From contig CANREZ010000002.1 of the NCBI GenBank assembly GCA_947629745.1, forward strand, positions 210-64,209: a DNA stretch of 64,000 bases. The letters are read 5' to 3'. Numbering within the stretch: position 1 is the first letter of the stretch; each line of letters begins with the position of its first letter. This document shows, piece after piece, positions 1-7,907 of this stretch. The notes beneath the pieces are model-generated. The model searched no databases and was not told where the DNA came from. It saw nothing but the letters and a program-made list of their open reading frames with translations. The DNA comes from an uncultured Clostridia bacterium (GTDB taxonomy: Bacteria > Bacillota > Clostridia > Christensenellales > UBA1242). Both the position numbers and the translations under genes were made by a program.

Positions 1-2044
1 TGTAATTTACACTCCAATCACTATCCTTGAGTGTGCCAAGGTCTATATTGAATAACTTGCCGAAATCTGCATTTGTGCCAAAGCCACCAAGTAGGGTAGA
101 TGTGTCAAACCTTATATTTAGTATCAAATTATTCTGTCCATTGCTTGGCAGGGTAATTGTGGTCTGTGCATTAATTGCCACATTTTCTATCAAGTCTAGT
201 TCTTGAGTGTCTCCGCTAGTAGTATTGAACGATGGTTGGATATCAAAGTCCTCAATCTTCCCACGTCTTAGATAGAAAGATACTACTTGTTCATCGCAGA
301 AGAATTTTATTTGGTCTGTATGGTCAGTAGATACAGTCAGTGTGCCATCGGTGACATCTTGTAAGTCGCCCTCGTTATTCAATTGATATTTTATAGGGCT
401 TGCGATAGTCTTGCCATCAGTACGGCTCTTAGTTACACTGAATGTCACACTGTCTAGTAGTGAGTGATAAGTATTGCCATTAGATATAGTTATATCGCCG
501 GATGTTACAGTCAACTTTTCAGCTTTTGCTGTAAATTTCAAAACAAGCGTGAATGATTTGTTGCCAATCTGCAGTGCGATAGTCTCGCCGTCGCACACAT
601 CGAGGCTAGTTAATGTAAGGGTGTTGCCCGAATATGTTACATTCACATAGCCATTTGACCTTGGGGGAGTTACTACCCAGTTTTCGGGATTTTCCACACG
701 CAAACTTACTTGCTCACCAATATTTGTGATGGTGATAGTATTATTACCACTGGAGGATAATTCATCGCCTCCGAGGAACACTTTTGAGTTATTTTGCATT
801 CCCGCTTTTGTGATATAGAATGAATCTGTCGTGTCAGATAGGGTATTAGTCTCTCTGCTATACACTTTCGCATGAACAAGTACATGTATGAAATTATTGA
901 AAGCAGGTAGATCTCCCCCCCCTACAACTTTGAACTGGCGGGCGACGTTATCGTAAGTTATTACATTAGGGTCACCATGACCACCACCAGTCACCTCACT
1001 ATCTAGCCCGCATTCCACACTCAGTATCTCTAAGTATGCATTTTGGTCTGGAATAGGATTGAGGTTCACTGGGATATGGTCGAGACCTAGGCAATCGTCA
1101 TAGTTTATCTCAGCCTGTCCACTAAATAATGTGTCTGCGAAGTGTCCCATAGTGGATAGGAATTTTAGTTCATCAGTTTTGCTATTCCCACGGTAGTCAG
1201 TGACGGTCACGGTCACAGTGACAAGTCCTGCCTGTGTGAATGTGACAAGGCCATCTTTACTCACCGTTGCAATATCTGAATTGCTAGAGGAATATGCATA
1301 TGTCACATCGCAGTTAGCTGGCGTAGTGGTTACTCTTGGGAAATTGATAGACTGCATCGATGTCTCAAGTATGGATTTTGATTTATCGAAAGATATGCTC
1401 TTTAGTTTTGCATGGCACGAGATAGTAGTGCTGGTCTTAATGATGCCATTGGTGTTATCGCGCGATGTAGCAGTGACTGTGACATCTCCATTGCCTTTTG
1501 CGGTCACTGTGCCATCTGCGCCGACTTCTAAGATATCGTTATCTGAGCTAGTCCAGTCTATAATCTTGTTGCTAGCTTCCTGAGGATAAATGCTGACAGA
1601 TAGCTTGAATGTATCACCTTCGTACAAGTCGGATACAGTATCTTTGAATTTCAATTGGTGAACGGATGTGTCGGTGAATATTAGCACCTTTTCTGCTTTT
1701 GCTGCCACATTTTCTCTACTTGTGACTGTGATAGTTGTCTCTCCATAAAATACTGGAGTGATGATGCCATTGGCATCGATTGTAGCCACAAGAGGATCGC
1801 TGCTACTGAAGATCAAATCTTTGTTCCTAGCATTGATCGGGAAGACATTGACTTGGTCCATTATATTGATCTTTTCGGCAGTAGTCATATCCTTGACTGT
1901 GAAAGCCTGAAAGTTTTTGTCCACAAACTCTATATTTTCCACATATATGTAGGTAGCAAGGCTAAGTATTGCCCCGCTAACGAGTAAGATAGCAAGGAGT
2001 ATTAGTGGCAATATTATGATTGTGGAGGCCATTAATTTTCTCAT
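1..2044 (-). CDS. Cell-surface protein, N-terminal 681 codons (gene continues beyond left edge); signal-anchor plus bacterial Ig-like (Big_2-type) repeats
   Basis: Absent from the ORF track because there is no in-window stop. ATG at 2044, 3 nt after the stop of the upstream permease gene. My translation stays open to position 2: MRKLMASTIIILPLILLAILLVSGAILSLATY..., then recurrent Big_2-like strands (GETTITVTSRENVAAKA, GNGDVTVTATSRDN, AGLVTVTVTVTDYRGN). No minus-strand ORF of this frame is listed, consistent with no stop. Confidence 0.8.
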   Translation of the reverse strand, partial: MRKLMASTIIILPLILLAILLVSGAILSLATYIYVENIEFVDKNFQAFTVKDMTTAEKINIMDQVNVFPINARNKDLIFSSSDPLVATIDANGIITPVFYGETTITVTSRENVAAKAEKVLIFTDTSVHQLKFKDTVSDLYEGDTFKLSVSIYPQEASNKIIDWTSSDNDILEVGADGTVTAKGNGDVTVTATSRDNTNGIIKTSTTISCHAKLKSISFDKSKSILETSMQSINFPRVTTTPANCDVTYAYSSSNSDIATVSKDGLVTFTQAGLVTVTVTVTDYRGNSKTDELKFLSTMGHFADTLFSGQAEINYDDCLGLDHIPVNLNPIPDQNAYLEILSVECGLDSEVTGGGHGDPNVITYDNVARQFKVVGGGDLPAFNNFIHVLVHAKVYSRETNTLSDTTDSFYITKAGMQNNSKVFLGGDELSSSGNNTITITNIGEQVSLRVENPENWVVTPPRSNGYVNVTYSGNTLTLTSLDVCDGETIALQIGNKSFTLVLKFTAKAEKLTVTSGDITISNGNTYHSLLDSVTFSVTKSRTDGKTIASPIKYQLNNEGDLQDVTDGTLTVSTDHTDQIKFFCDEQVVSFYLRRGKIEDFDIQPSFNTTSGDTQELDLIENVAINAQTTITLPSNGQNNLILNIRFDTSTLLGGFGTNADFGKLFNIDLGTLKDSDWSVNY
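915..922 (-). repeat. G8 homopolymer (C8 on plus strand) inside the surface-protein CDS, currently in frame (codons GTA GGG GGG GGA)
   Basis: Counted directly: c915-c922. Position 925 is a codon first base relative to the ATG at 2044 (1119 nt = 373 codons). Confidence 0.9.
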
Positions 2045-2047
2045 TTG

Positions 2048-3652
2048 TTACACCTCTATTTTCCTATATTTCTTGTTTACGGTGAAGTAGAATACTAAGA
2101 AGTTAACTAGTGCATAAATTAGTGCAATTGATATGATTACTAGATAGGTGATCCATGCGCCATTGGCCATGTACATCTTAGGGAATATTATGCTAAGACC
2201 ACCAAATAGTGCGGATATCACAAGACCAATTAGTAGCATATAGGTGACGTTAATTTCCTCAGCCTCGCCATTTGCCTTTGGCTTGATATTAGGATTTGAT
2301 AGATTGATATTTGCACCATTGAATACTGCACCTATCACGAATAGCACTTCACATATGACGAGCACTAGTATTTCTATAGCGCTTATGAATTGCAGTGCAG
2401 CTAGCACTATCACGCTGATAAGCAGTGCACCTAGGCTCACTGCCACATTAATTGCGCTCTTCACTAACATTTGTTTGCGATAAGATACAGGAACAAGTTT
2501 TGTTATATAAAAGTTTTTGCCCTCAATGCTCAGCACAATCGCAGAGAATGAACTGATCATTGCCATGAATACCGATACGACTAGAATGGATGCACCAAAG
2601 TTGATGCCGCTGCCAATAGATGCAGTACCTACTAGGCTCACTAGTCTATCGCAGAAGAATACCATGACAGGAGTTGCAATTGCCACACCTAGATAGAAAT
2701 ATGAGTAAGACTTTGTGTGCAATATATCGAGCAGCGTGTGCTTTAGGATAGCAAAGCCGCTACCGTAGTCATCCAATTTGCTAGTCTTACGGATTGCACC
2801 ATCTCCACTATCCAATTGCTTCGTGCGGATATGTACATAGACGAATTTTGCAAGGACTATGCCTATTGCAGAAAGGACAATAGTTGCGCCGATTATTATT
2901 CCAAAACTCATCCAGAATTTGTGGAAGAAGATGATGCCGGATAGATAATATCCTGGATTGTACAATTTATCTAATTGGGTAAGTAGGTTCCTCCAGATAT
3001 CCAGTGTGCCTTGCTCCCAATTCCTATTGATAAAGAATTTGGCAAGAGCAGTTAGCACGAAATAATATAGGGTGAATAATCCAGCAAGGAATATGATGAA
3101 TATGATTAGCTGAATTACATTGTATTTCTTAAGAAGTGAACTAATATACATGATAGGTATAGCAAGCAAGGTGGATAGTGCAAATGGTATCATTGGCAGG
3201 AATATCACGCCAAGTATTATGCCAAATACAAATGATGCCGTGATGCATCCCATTGCCCAGCCAAAGACTAACATCATTGGCACTAGGAAGATTGCGGAGT
3301 ATATAGTGAGGTCTATGTAATTCAAAATTAAATTGCTAACGAAAATTTTGAATGGACTAAGAGGGAATCTAGCAGTAATCTTGAGGTCAGCAGGGCGATA
3401 GAGCCTACTAATCTGCATGCTAGTAGCAAATATTGTAAGGCCGATTAATAGTAGCGTGATGTACATGACAGATAGTTGTCTCGGCTCGACATGAAGGCTC
3501 TCGCGCAGCACGTAGGATAATCCCCATACTAGCGCTAGGCATATAGCTACTGCGAGTAGGACGGCAACTGAGGTCATTATGGCGTTGCCCTTGCTATTAT
3601 TTTTGTTCCATCCCCATTTTAGTTTGAACTGTAAACGGATGAAATCAAACAT
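2048..3652 (-). CDS. Polytopic ABC-exporter permease (putative ABC_export-like, about 12 TM segments)
   Basis: 534-aa ORF, hydrophobic throughout. Overlaps the upstream ATPase gene by 8 nt and ends 3 nt before the next start, so it looks like an operon. Confidence 0.7.
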   Translation of the reverse strand: MFDFIRLQFKLKWGWNKNNSKGNAIMTSVAVLLAVAICLALVWGLSYVLRESLHVEPRQLSVMYITLLLIGLTIFATSMQISRLYRPADLKITARFPLSPFKIFVSNLILNYIDLTIYSAIFLVPMMLVFGWAMGCITASFVFGIILGVIFLPMIPFALSTLLAIPIMYISSLLKKYNVIQLIIFIIFLAGLFTLYYFVLTALAKFFINRNWEQGTLDIWRNLLTQLDKLYNPGYYLSGIIFFHKFWMSFGIIIGATIVLSAIGIVLAKFVYVHIRTKQLDSGDGAIRKTSKLDDYGSGFAILKHTLLDILHTKSYSYFYLGVAIATPVMVFFCDRLVSLVGTASIGSGINFGASILVVSVFMAMISSFSAIVLSIEGKNFYITKLVPVSYRKQMLVKSAINVAVSLGALLISVIVLAALQFISAIEILVLVICEVLFVIGAVFNGANINLSNPNIKPKANGEAEEINVTYMLLIGLVISALFGGLSIIFPKMYMANGAWITYLVIISIALIYALVNFLVFYFTVNKKYRKIEV

Positions 3653-4364
3653 TGTCCACCTCGTTTATTTCCATGAACATTTTCTCTAAATTCACATTTT
3701 TGGTACGAGATAGGTCGACTTTCTTCACAAGCTGTCCATGGCGAATGAATAACACGATGTCACAAGCTTTTGCCACAGTTTCGAGACTGTGAGAGGAGAA
3801 TAACACTGCGTGATTCTCATCAGCGTATTCCTTGATATATTTTACCAGTAATGCCATAGTCTGAGGGTCGAGTCCCACCATTGGCTCATCTAGCACCCAC
3901 AACGATGGGCGGTGAACCAGAGCACCCAGTATGCAAATTTTTTGTTTCATACCATGAGAGTAGCTCGCGATCTGATTGTCCAGTGCGTATTCTATATCAA
4001 AGAGCTTTGCTAGTTCGCCCACGGCGTATTCCTTTTGCTCCTTGGTCGCACCATATAGGCTGCCCATATAATTGATATATTCTCTGCCAGTCAATTTGTC
4101 ATAGACAGAGTGGTCATCAGGCACATAGCCTATGTGTTTCTTTGCCTGCTCAGGCTCGTTATTGATATCATAGCCACAGACAGTGATTGTTCCTTCACTG
4201 AATGGTAATACTCCGATCAAACTCTTGATGATAGTGGACTTGCCAGCGCCATTGCTACCGACTAGTCCCACGACTTTGCCAGCAGGGACAGTGAACGATA
4301 TGCCCTTTGCTGAGTACTTATCATTTGCGGGATACTTTTTAGATAATTTCTCTACTTTTAGCAT
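3645..4364 (-). CDS. ABC transporter ATP-binding protein
   Basis: Walker A GSNGAGKST, signature-like YSHGMKQK, Walker B LWVLDEP, H-loop SSHSL. RBS GGAGAAAATAATG upstream. Confidence 0.9.
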   Translation of the reverse strand: MLKVEKLSKKYPANDKYSAKGISFTVPAGKVVGLVGSNGAGKSTIIKSLIGVLPFSEGTITVCGYDINNEPEQAKKHIGYVPDDHSVYDKLTGREYINYMGSLYGATKEQKEYAVGELAKLFDIEYALDNQIASYSHGMKQKICILGALVHRPSLWVLDEPMVGLDPQTMALLVKYIKEYADENHAVLFSSHSLETVAKACDIVLFIRHGQLVKKVDLSRTKNVNLEKMFMEINEVDNV

Positions 4365-4592
4365 TATTTTCTCCTAACGTAAATTTGTGACCCGGGACAT
4401 TCCCAGTATACATTATAAATAGTTTACTATTTATTCGACGATAGTGTCAAACAATCGACAACTTATTTTTATTTTGCGCAAAATACGACTAATTATTGAG
4501 TGAAAAATTATTTGACAGAAGATGAGTGGAATAGGGGAAATGTAGGGAAATAATTATGATAAAAGTGAAGAGAGGTTGAATTATATAGAGGG

Positions 4593-5056
4593 TAGTGAGT
4601 TGGCATCAAGGTTGGATGAAAAGCCCGCTCAATCCCCTCAGTCTGCACTTTGTGCATCCAGCTCCCCCTACTACGGGGCGCCTTTAATAGGTTTAAGATA
4701 TATAAAATTAGGTCAAAAGACCTAATTAATAATAAGTTTATTAAAAAGAAAAATTATATTTTTAATTTTTAATTATCTATTTACTTTTCACCTCATAAGG
4801 CTCCCTTTTAGTAAGGGGAGCTGGCGGAGACTTCCGCCTGAGGGGATTGATCGGGCTTACGGACCATCGTTGATTCGCGCTCATTCACCCACTAAAAAAT
4901 AAAGTAAAGATAAGGTCGAAATATTAGAATAAGATATATTTACATAAAAGATTAAAATAAATTATTAACACAAGAAAATTTATTATAATCAAGGAGGGTG
5001 GCGTGCCACATTGAGACGACTTACGGACCATCGTTGATTCGCGCTCATAACCTACT
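4593..5056. repeat. Composite hairpin-repeat locus A: modules U(+) 4593-4682, AT-rich spacer with 9-bp hairpin 4706-4727, U(-) 4798-4895, V(-) 4993-5056
   Basis: CTCAATCCCCTCAG (4629-4642) is inverted at 4839-4851 (CTGAGGGGATTGA). There is a perfect 29-nt direct repeat cttacggaccatcgttgattcgcgctcat at 4856-4884 and 5020-5048. Locus A is about 90% identical to locus B in the same module order. Confidence 0.85.
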
Positions 5057-5095
5057 AAATAATTAGTATAAAAAGAGGAATATGGATTATTTATG

Positions 5096-5124
5096 TTGAA
5101 AAATTTGGGGATATAGTGTATAAT
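5096..5124 (+). promoter_or_regulatory. Sigma-A-type promoter for the S-box/metK unit
   Basis: TTGAAA (5096-5101), 17-nt spacer, TATAAT (5119-5124), a few nt upstream of the riboswitch P1 helix. Confidence 0.55.
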
Positions 5125-5128
5125 GTGT

Positions 5129-5260
5129 CTATACCATGAAGAGTGGCGGAGGGACAGACCCTATGAAACCACAGCAACCTACAATTTTGCAAGGTGCTAA
5201 AGTCTGACCGATGGGTAATAAAAAGTATAGGATCCCACCGGTAGCGATGGGATTTTTCTT
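5129..5260 (+). promoter_or_regulatory. SAM-I (S-box) riboswitch with intrinsic terminator
   Basis: P1 CTATAC (5129-5134) pairs with GTATAG (5225-5230). Conserved cores are AGAGTGGCGGAGGGAC, CCCTATGAAACC, GCAACC and GGTGCTAA. Terminator ATCCCA (5232-5237)/TGGGAT (5248-5253) is followed by TTTTTCTTT. It lies directly upstream of metK. Confidence 0.9.
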
Positions 5261-5287
5261 TGCTCTTTCATGGGAAAAGGAGTATTT

Positions 5288-6373
5288 ATGAAAAAGATTA
5301 TAACAAGTGAGAGTGTGAATTGTGGTCATCCAGACAAGACTTGTGATATCATCGCAGATAGCTTCCTCGATGCAGCACTAGAGTCTGACCCAAATGCACA
5401 GATGGCGGTGGAATGCGCCATAAAGTCGGACAAATTATTCATCTACGGCGAGGCTACCACTACGGCAAAAATTGACTATGAGAAGATCGCGCGCGAGGTA
5501 TTAAAGGATATTGGCTACAAGCAGCCATTCAAAATTTATAAGACCATCACTGAGCAAAGTCCAGATATAAGCCAAGCGGTGAAGCGTGAGGAACTATGCG
5601 CCAACGATCAGGGAATGTGCTACGGCTATGCTACAGATGAGACGCCCGAGTACATGCCCATGCCAATAATAATGGCACATCGCCTCATGCGAAACTATGA
5701 GACATTTAGGAGAAACAATGAGGGATTCTTCGCCGATGCGAAGTCCCAAGTATCTATCGAATATGCGGACGACAAGCCAGTCCGTGTAGATACCGTGTTA
5801 ATATCTGTCTCGCACAGAGAGGACTTAGAGCCTGCATTTATACGCGAGACTATTTACAAAAACGTCGTATTGCCTACGCTAAGGAACTATCCAAATGTGT
5901 CGGTGGAGAACACACATTTTATCATCAACCCTAGTGGTAAATTCACCATCTGGGGCAGCGAGAGTGACAGCGGATGCGTGGGAAGAAAAATTGTGGTGGA
6001 TACCTACGGTGGAGTTGGTCGTGTAGGTGGAGGATGTTTTAGTTCTAAAAACGCTACCAAGGTCGACCGATCAGGTGCATACTACGCGCGATATGTAGCA
6101 AAAAATATTGTCGCACATGGTCTTGCACATAGGTGTGAGATACAGATAAGTTTTGGCATTGGGCTTGCCGAGCCGCTTAGCCTATACATCGATACTTTTG
6201 GCACAGAAACTGTACCACTTGAGGAAATCTATTCATATGTGCGTGAGCACTTTGACTTCCACTTATCCAATATTATCCGCGAGCTGGACCTATTGCGTCC
6301 TATATACAAAGCTACTGCCTGCTATGGGCATTTTGGCCGACCAGAATTCCCATGGGAGAGGATTATAGAATAG
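5288..6373 (+). CDS. metK: S-adenosylmethionine synthetase
   Basis: ORF track 5270..6373. I prefer the ATG at 5288 (MKKIITSESV...), preceded by GGAAAAGGAG. Motifs: GHPDKTCD, ANDQGMCYGYA, GGGCFSSKNATKVDRSGAY. Confidence 0.93.
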   Translation: MKKIITSESVNCGHPDKTCDIIADSFLDAALESDPNAQMAVECAIKSDKLFIYGEATTTAKIDYEKIAREVLKDIGYKQPFKIYKTITEQSPDISQAVKREELCANDQGMCYGYATDETPEYMPMPIIMAHRLMRNYETFRRNNEGFFADAKSQVSIEYADDKPVRVDTVLISVSHREDLEPAFIRETIYKNVVLPTLRNYPNVSVENTHFIINPSGKFTIWGSESDSGCVGRKIVVDTYGGVGRVGGGCFSSKNATKVDRSGAYYARYVAKNIVAHGLAHRCEIQISFGIGLAEPLSLYIDTFGTETVPLEEIYSYVREHFDFHLSNIIRELDLLRPIYKATACYGHFGRPEFPWERIIE

Positions 6374-6398
6374 TTGATAAGAAAGGTTATTCAATTAC

Positions 6399-6963
6399 TT
6401 AGTAGGAACAATGTTGGAACTAAGGTGGGTGCAAAGGCTGCTCAATGTGGCACTCCACTTTCCTGGGGGATATTTTAATTTAACAAATTATTATATTGTT
6501 ACTATTTTTGTTTAGCCAACCCATATTGATAGAGAGTGCAGGAGTTGGTAGCAAGAGAGATAAAAGCTGGCTCAATCCCCTCAGTCACCTAATCGGTGCC
6601 AGCTCCCCCTACTACGGGGCGCCTAAATGAGGTCAAGAGATAATATTTATATTTGCGCGGCGCCTTTAATAGGTTTAAGATATATAAAATTAGGTCAAAA
6701 GACCTAATTAATAATAAGTTTATTAAAAAAGAAAAATTATATTTTTAATTTTTAATTATCTATTCACTTTTCACCATATAAGGCTCCCTTTTAGTAAGGG
6801 GAGCTGGCGGAGACTTCCGTCTGAGGGGATTGAGCAGGCTTACGGACCTTCTTAGGTTCGCGCACACTTGCCCACTGAAAAATAAAGTAAAGATAAGGAA
6901 GAAATATTAACATAAAAGATAAAAATAAATTATTAACACAAGATATAATCCTATAATCAAGGA
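6399..6963. repeat. Composite hairpin-repeat locus B: V(+) 6399-6471, U(+) 6541-6645, spacer, U(-) 6781-6880, tail to 6963
   Basis: Same order and near-identical spacer as locus A. It carries an extra 41-nt insertion (6624-6664) ending in a duplicated GGCGCC, and ends with the same AATCAAGGA as locus A. Confidence 0.85.
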
Positions 6964-6977
6964 AAGCGGCTCGCCAC

Positions 6978-7006
6978 AAAAAAAGACCACGGGCGTGGTC
7001 TTTTTT
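6978..7006. terminator. Bidirectional intrinsic terminator between convergent metK-side and glycosyltransferase-side transcription
   Basis: AAAAAAA-GACCAC-GGGC-GTGGTC-TTTTTT. Confidence 0.8.
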
Positions 7007-7048
7007 GCTATCGATAATTTAGTAAAATTTCGTGTACAGGAAATTTAG

Positions 7049-7236
7049 TTATAAGGACTATATATTTGATTTATAAGATGCATATATCTATTAGATGTCT
7101 ATTAGTCCTATATTGATTAATTCCACAATATATTAGGTCCTATAGAGTCTTACTAATTCTACAAGATATTAGATTCTTAATGGTTATTAATCCCACAAGA
7201 TATTAGTCCTATAAGGCAATATATTAGTCCTAAAAG
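7049..7236. repeat. Array of about 16-bp sites, core ATATTAG(G)TCCTATA: five direct copies plus one inverted copy
   Basis: Cores at about 7100-7115, 7129-7145, 7166-7181 (degenerate), 7200-7215 and 7221-7236. Inverted copy TTATAAGGACTATAT at 7049-7064. Three copies are preceded by TTAATyCyACAAkAT. Confidence 0.7.
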
Positions 7237-7245
7237 TTGTTTACA

Positions 7246-7851
7246 CTATTCAGTTACAGTTTTTTGGGTTTCTGTAAAAGTTCCGTTATCATTTGTGTAA
7301 TATTTGATGGTATTTGATTTTGCATCAAAGATAGCAAAGTCAAAGTTGTAGTCCTTATCCTGATTCATCTCAAATAGATAGGTATTAGGATTCTTTACTA
7401 GTGTGCCGTATGTCTCGTCTGCGGCGTCGAGTTTCCTAATAGCGTAATCTATCTTGGTGTTGTACTCGCTGTTGACACTGGATAGTTCACAATTCCAAAT
7501 GCCCTCAGCTTGACTGTCTTCGAGTGAACTGAATGTAGAGCTGCCATAGCCTATTGCCATAACTTCTGGATTGAAGAAGAATATTAGCTCAGCTGGTATG
7601 GATGCTTCCATATCATATAGACCGATTGAAGCACGGGTCTTTGCTTGGTCTGGATACTGTAGATATGGATATCCTGGGTGACCTTTGTAGTAGAATACAT
7701 ACTCGTCACCATAATATGCGCGGGAAGCCTTGACATAATCGGTGAAGTCATCCTCACTGATTGGAGATGAACCGACGATGACGATCACTTTCTTATTTTG
7801 GTCAGTTGCTTCCTTAAACATATTGTCGCCGAAATTGTACAATTCTTTCAA
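7246..7851 (-). CDS. C-terminal half of a split GT80-like (PmST1/Photobacterium-type sialyltransferase-like) glycosyltransferase
   Basis: The track start is a TTG with no RBS. The frame stays open upstream to the G8 tract. VIVIVGSS...YVFYYKGHPGYP...SIPAELIFFF...GYGSSTFSSL parallels the PmST1 motifs FIFTGTT...KIYFKGHPRGG...ISFEVLMMTG...GVASSLYFSL. Confidence 0.6.
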   Translation of the reverse strand: MKELYNFGDNMFKEATDQNKKVIVIVGSSPISEDDFTDYVKASRAYYGDEYVFYYKGHPGYPYLQYPDQAKTRASIGLYDMEASIPAELIFFFNPEVMAIGYGSSTFSSLEDSQAEGIWNCELSSVNSEYNTKIDYAIRKLDAADETYGTLVKNPNTYLFEMNQDKDYNFDFAIFDAKSNTIKYYTNDNGTFTETQKTVTE

Positions 7852-7907
7852 TTCTTGCTTCTTTGTCTCATCAAATTCCTTTAGGAGGTTATAAAGTGCA
7901 AAAACTT

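Noticed and set aside
1200-1583. Plus-strand 127-aa ORF at the left end
   Set aside because: It is antisense to the Big_2 surface-protein ORF that is open across the whole region. Its VTVTVT-rich translation mirrors that gene's repeat codons.
6791-6979. 62-aa minus-strand ORF inside repeat locus B (also 5129..5329 minus, 6153..6368 plus, 45880..46110 minus, 46587..46853 plus, 47065..47268 minus)
   Set aside because: The reading frame is not preserved in the near-identical repeat locus A. The others overlap the S-box riboswitch, metK, repeat modules, acpP or the spoIIID start, and lack RBSs.
7049-7236. Possible mini-CRISPR array
   Set aside because: The repeats are only about 16 bp and degenerate, one is inverted, the spacers are 5-20 bp and irregular, and there are no cas genes in the window.
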